DNA of 64,000 nucleotides from Candidatus Undinarchaeota archaeon (GTDB lineage Archaea; SpSt-1190; JASMDC01): NCBI GenBank assembly GCA_964519305.1, contig CAZFHY010000019.1, positions 1 to 64,000 of the forward strand, read 5' to 3'. Shown piece by piece: positions 63,339 to 64,000 of this stretch (position 1 is its first letter; each line of letters starts with the position of its first letter). The notes under the pieces were generated by a model. It saw only the letters and a program-made list of their open reading frames with translations, ran no database searches and was not told where the DNA came from. The position numbers and the translations under genes were made by a program.

Positions 63339-63743
63339 GTGACACCGCTCGAGTACGTGGCGCTTGGTCTCTTCTTATTGGACCTCGTGCTCGATGGGCT
63401 TACCACCAAGGTAGTGTTCATTCTAGGACGGGAGCGACTTGAGGGTGATGAGAGCGGACTTCTCCATCTCGAACGGAATCCTATCGCGCGTAGACTCATG
63501 GGTCTGGCGGGTGTGGACCGCATGCTAGTGGCCTCCCGTGTGCTGGGCGCAGTGGCCGCAGTGGCGCTCGTTTCATTGAACGAGTCCACGTTCCTGCTAG
63601 GTCTGGCAGCAGCATATGCAATAGTGCCGGTATGGAACCTCACGGTCATCCTCCATTATCTGGACGAACCGGAGTACCTCAAGACGCGTGTGCCGCTCGG
63701 AGTACACATACGCTGGTGCATACGATGCGCTGCGGGCGATTAA
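63339..63743 (+). CDS. Membrane protein, DUF5658-like
   Basis: LDGLTT..ERNP motif with TM helices; divergent from gatC across a shared TTAAAAA element. Confidence 0.6.
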   Translation: MTPLEYVALGLFLLDLVLDGLTTKVVFILGRERLEGDESGLLHLERNPIARRLMGLAGVDRMLVASRVLGAVAAVALVSLNESTFLLGLAAAYAIVPVWNLTVILHYLDEPEYLKTRVPLGVHIRWCIRCAAGD

Positions 63744-63785
63744 AACGGTACGTTTAAATGCCCTCGTGTCATACATCCACATTCA

Positions 63786-63944
63786 ATGGGGCAGAAAGGG
63801 GTCGCCATCGGTTTCATCGACCGCCTGAACAAGAAGGTGCGAAAGACTAAGGACTATCGCGAAGGAATGATCGAGAACAAGAAGTCAGCTGAGGACACGG
63901 CCGCGTTGCTGAACGTCCTCCGAGAGCTTGACGAGGACGAGTGA
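63786..63944 (+). CDS. Small hypothetical protein (52 aa)
   Basis: MGQKGVAIGFIDRLNKKVRKTKDYREGMIENKKSAEDTAALLNVLRELDEDE; TTTAAAT upstream. Confidence 0.5.
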   Translation: MGQKGVAIGFIDRLNKKVRKTKDYREGMIENKKSAEDTAALLNVLRELDEDE

Positions 63945-64000
63945 GCACTCCGAGGCGGGGAGTCCATCGTGGTGCTCGACGAGACCACTCTGCGCGCACG

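Noticed and set aside
63287-63649. 218-aa GatC with a long N-terminal extension
   Set aside because: The extension is antisense to the DUF5658-like gene and crosses the shared TATA element; GatC similarity covers only the last ~95 aa.
63941-64000. Possible start of another gene at the right edge
   Set aside because: Too little sequence to assign a frame or product.

Overview
A GC-rich archaeal genomic window. Archaeal evidence: BRE/TATA promoters, a ZPR1 zinc-finger gene, Pus10, a tRNA-Trp with a 37/38 intron, a class III signal peptide and a COG1361 S-layer-family protein. The many giant Cys-rich secreted proteins look DPANN-like, but I cannot fix the lineage from sequence alone. Main find: a tightly coupled three-gene operon (1070-12084) next to tRNA-Arg. 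Its 2114-aa secreted, disulfide-rich protein carries two domains that act on bacterial peptidoglycan, an M23 metallo-endopeptidase and an SLT lytic transglycosylase, plus a possible CHAP remnant. These domains appear spliced into loops of the scaffold. A secreted Ig/Cys-rich protein and a large type IV pilin-like protein follow, making this a candidate pilus-linked apparatus for attacking bacterial cell walls. Other blocks: a redox/GNAT/EamA cluster; a GbsR-regulated MacB/LolD-type ABC operon with three permeases; a 1227-aa secreted acidic coiled-coil protein; a divergent PerR-type oxidative-stress/Fe-S cluster whose IscS lacks the PLP lysine; a half-GT4 plus full-GT4 pair; a ~1950-aa surface protein built of CWB2 repeats, helical repeats and a Cys-rich tip; pus10; an AN1-rhomboid; an ABC-2/PrsW operon; an HTH-YbjQ module; and gatCAB. 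No CRISPR array, rRNA, integrase or transposase was seen. All domain calls come from motif recognition by eye, not database searches.
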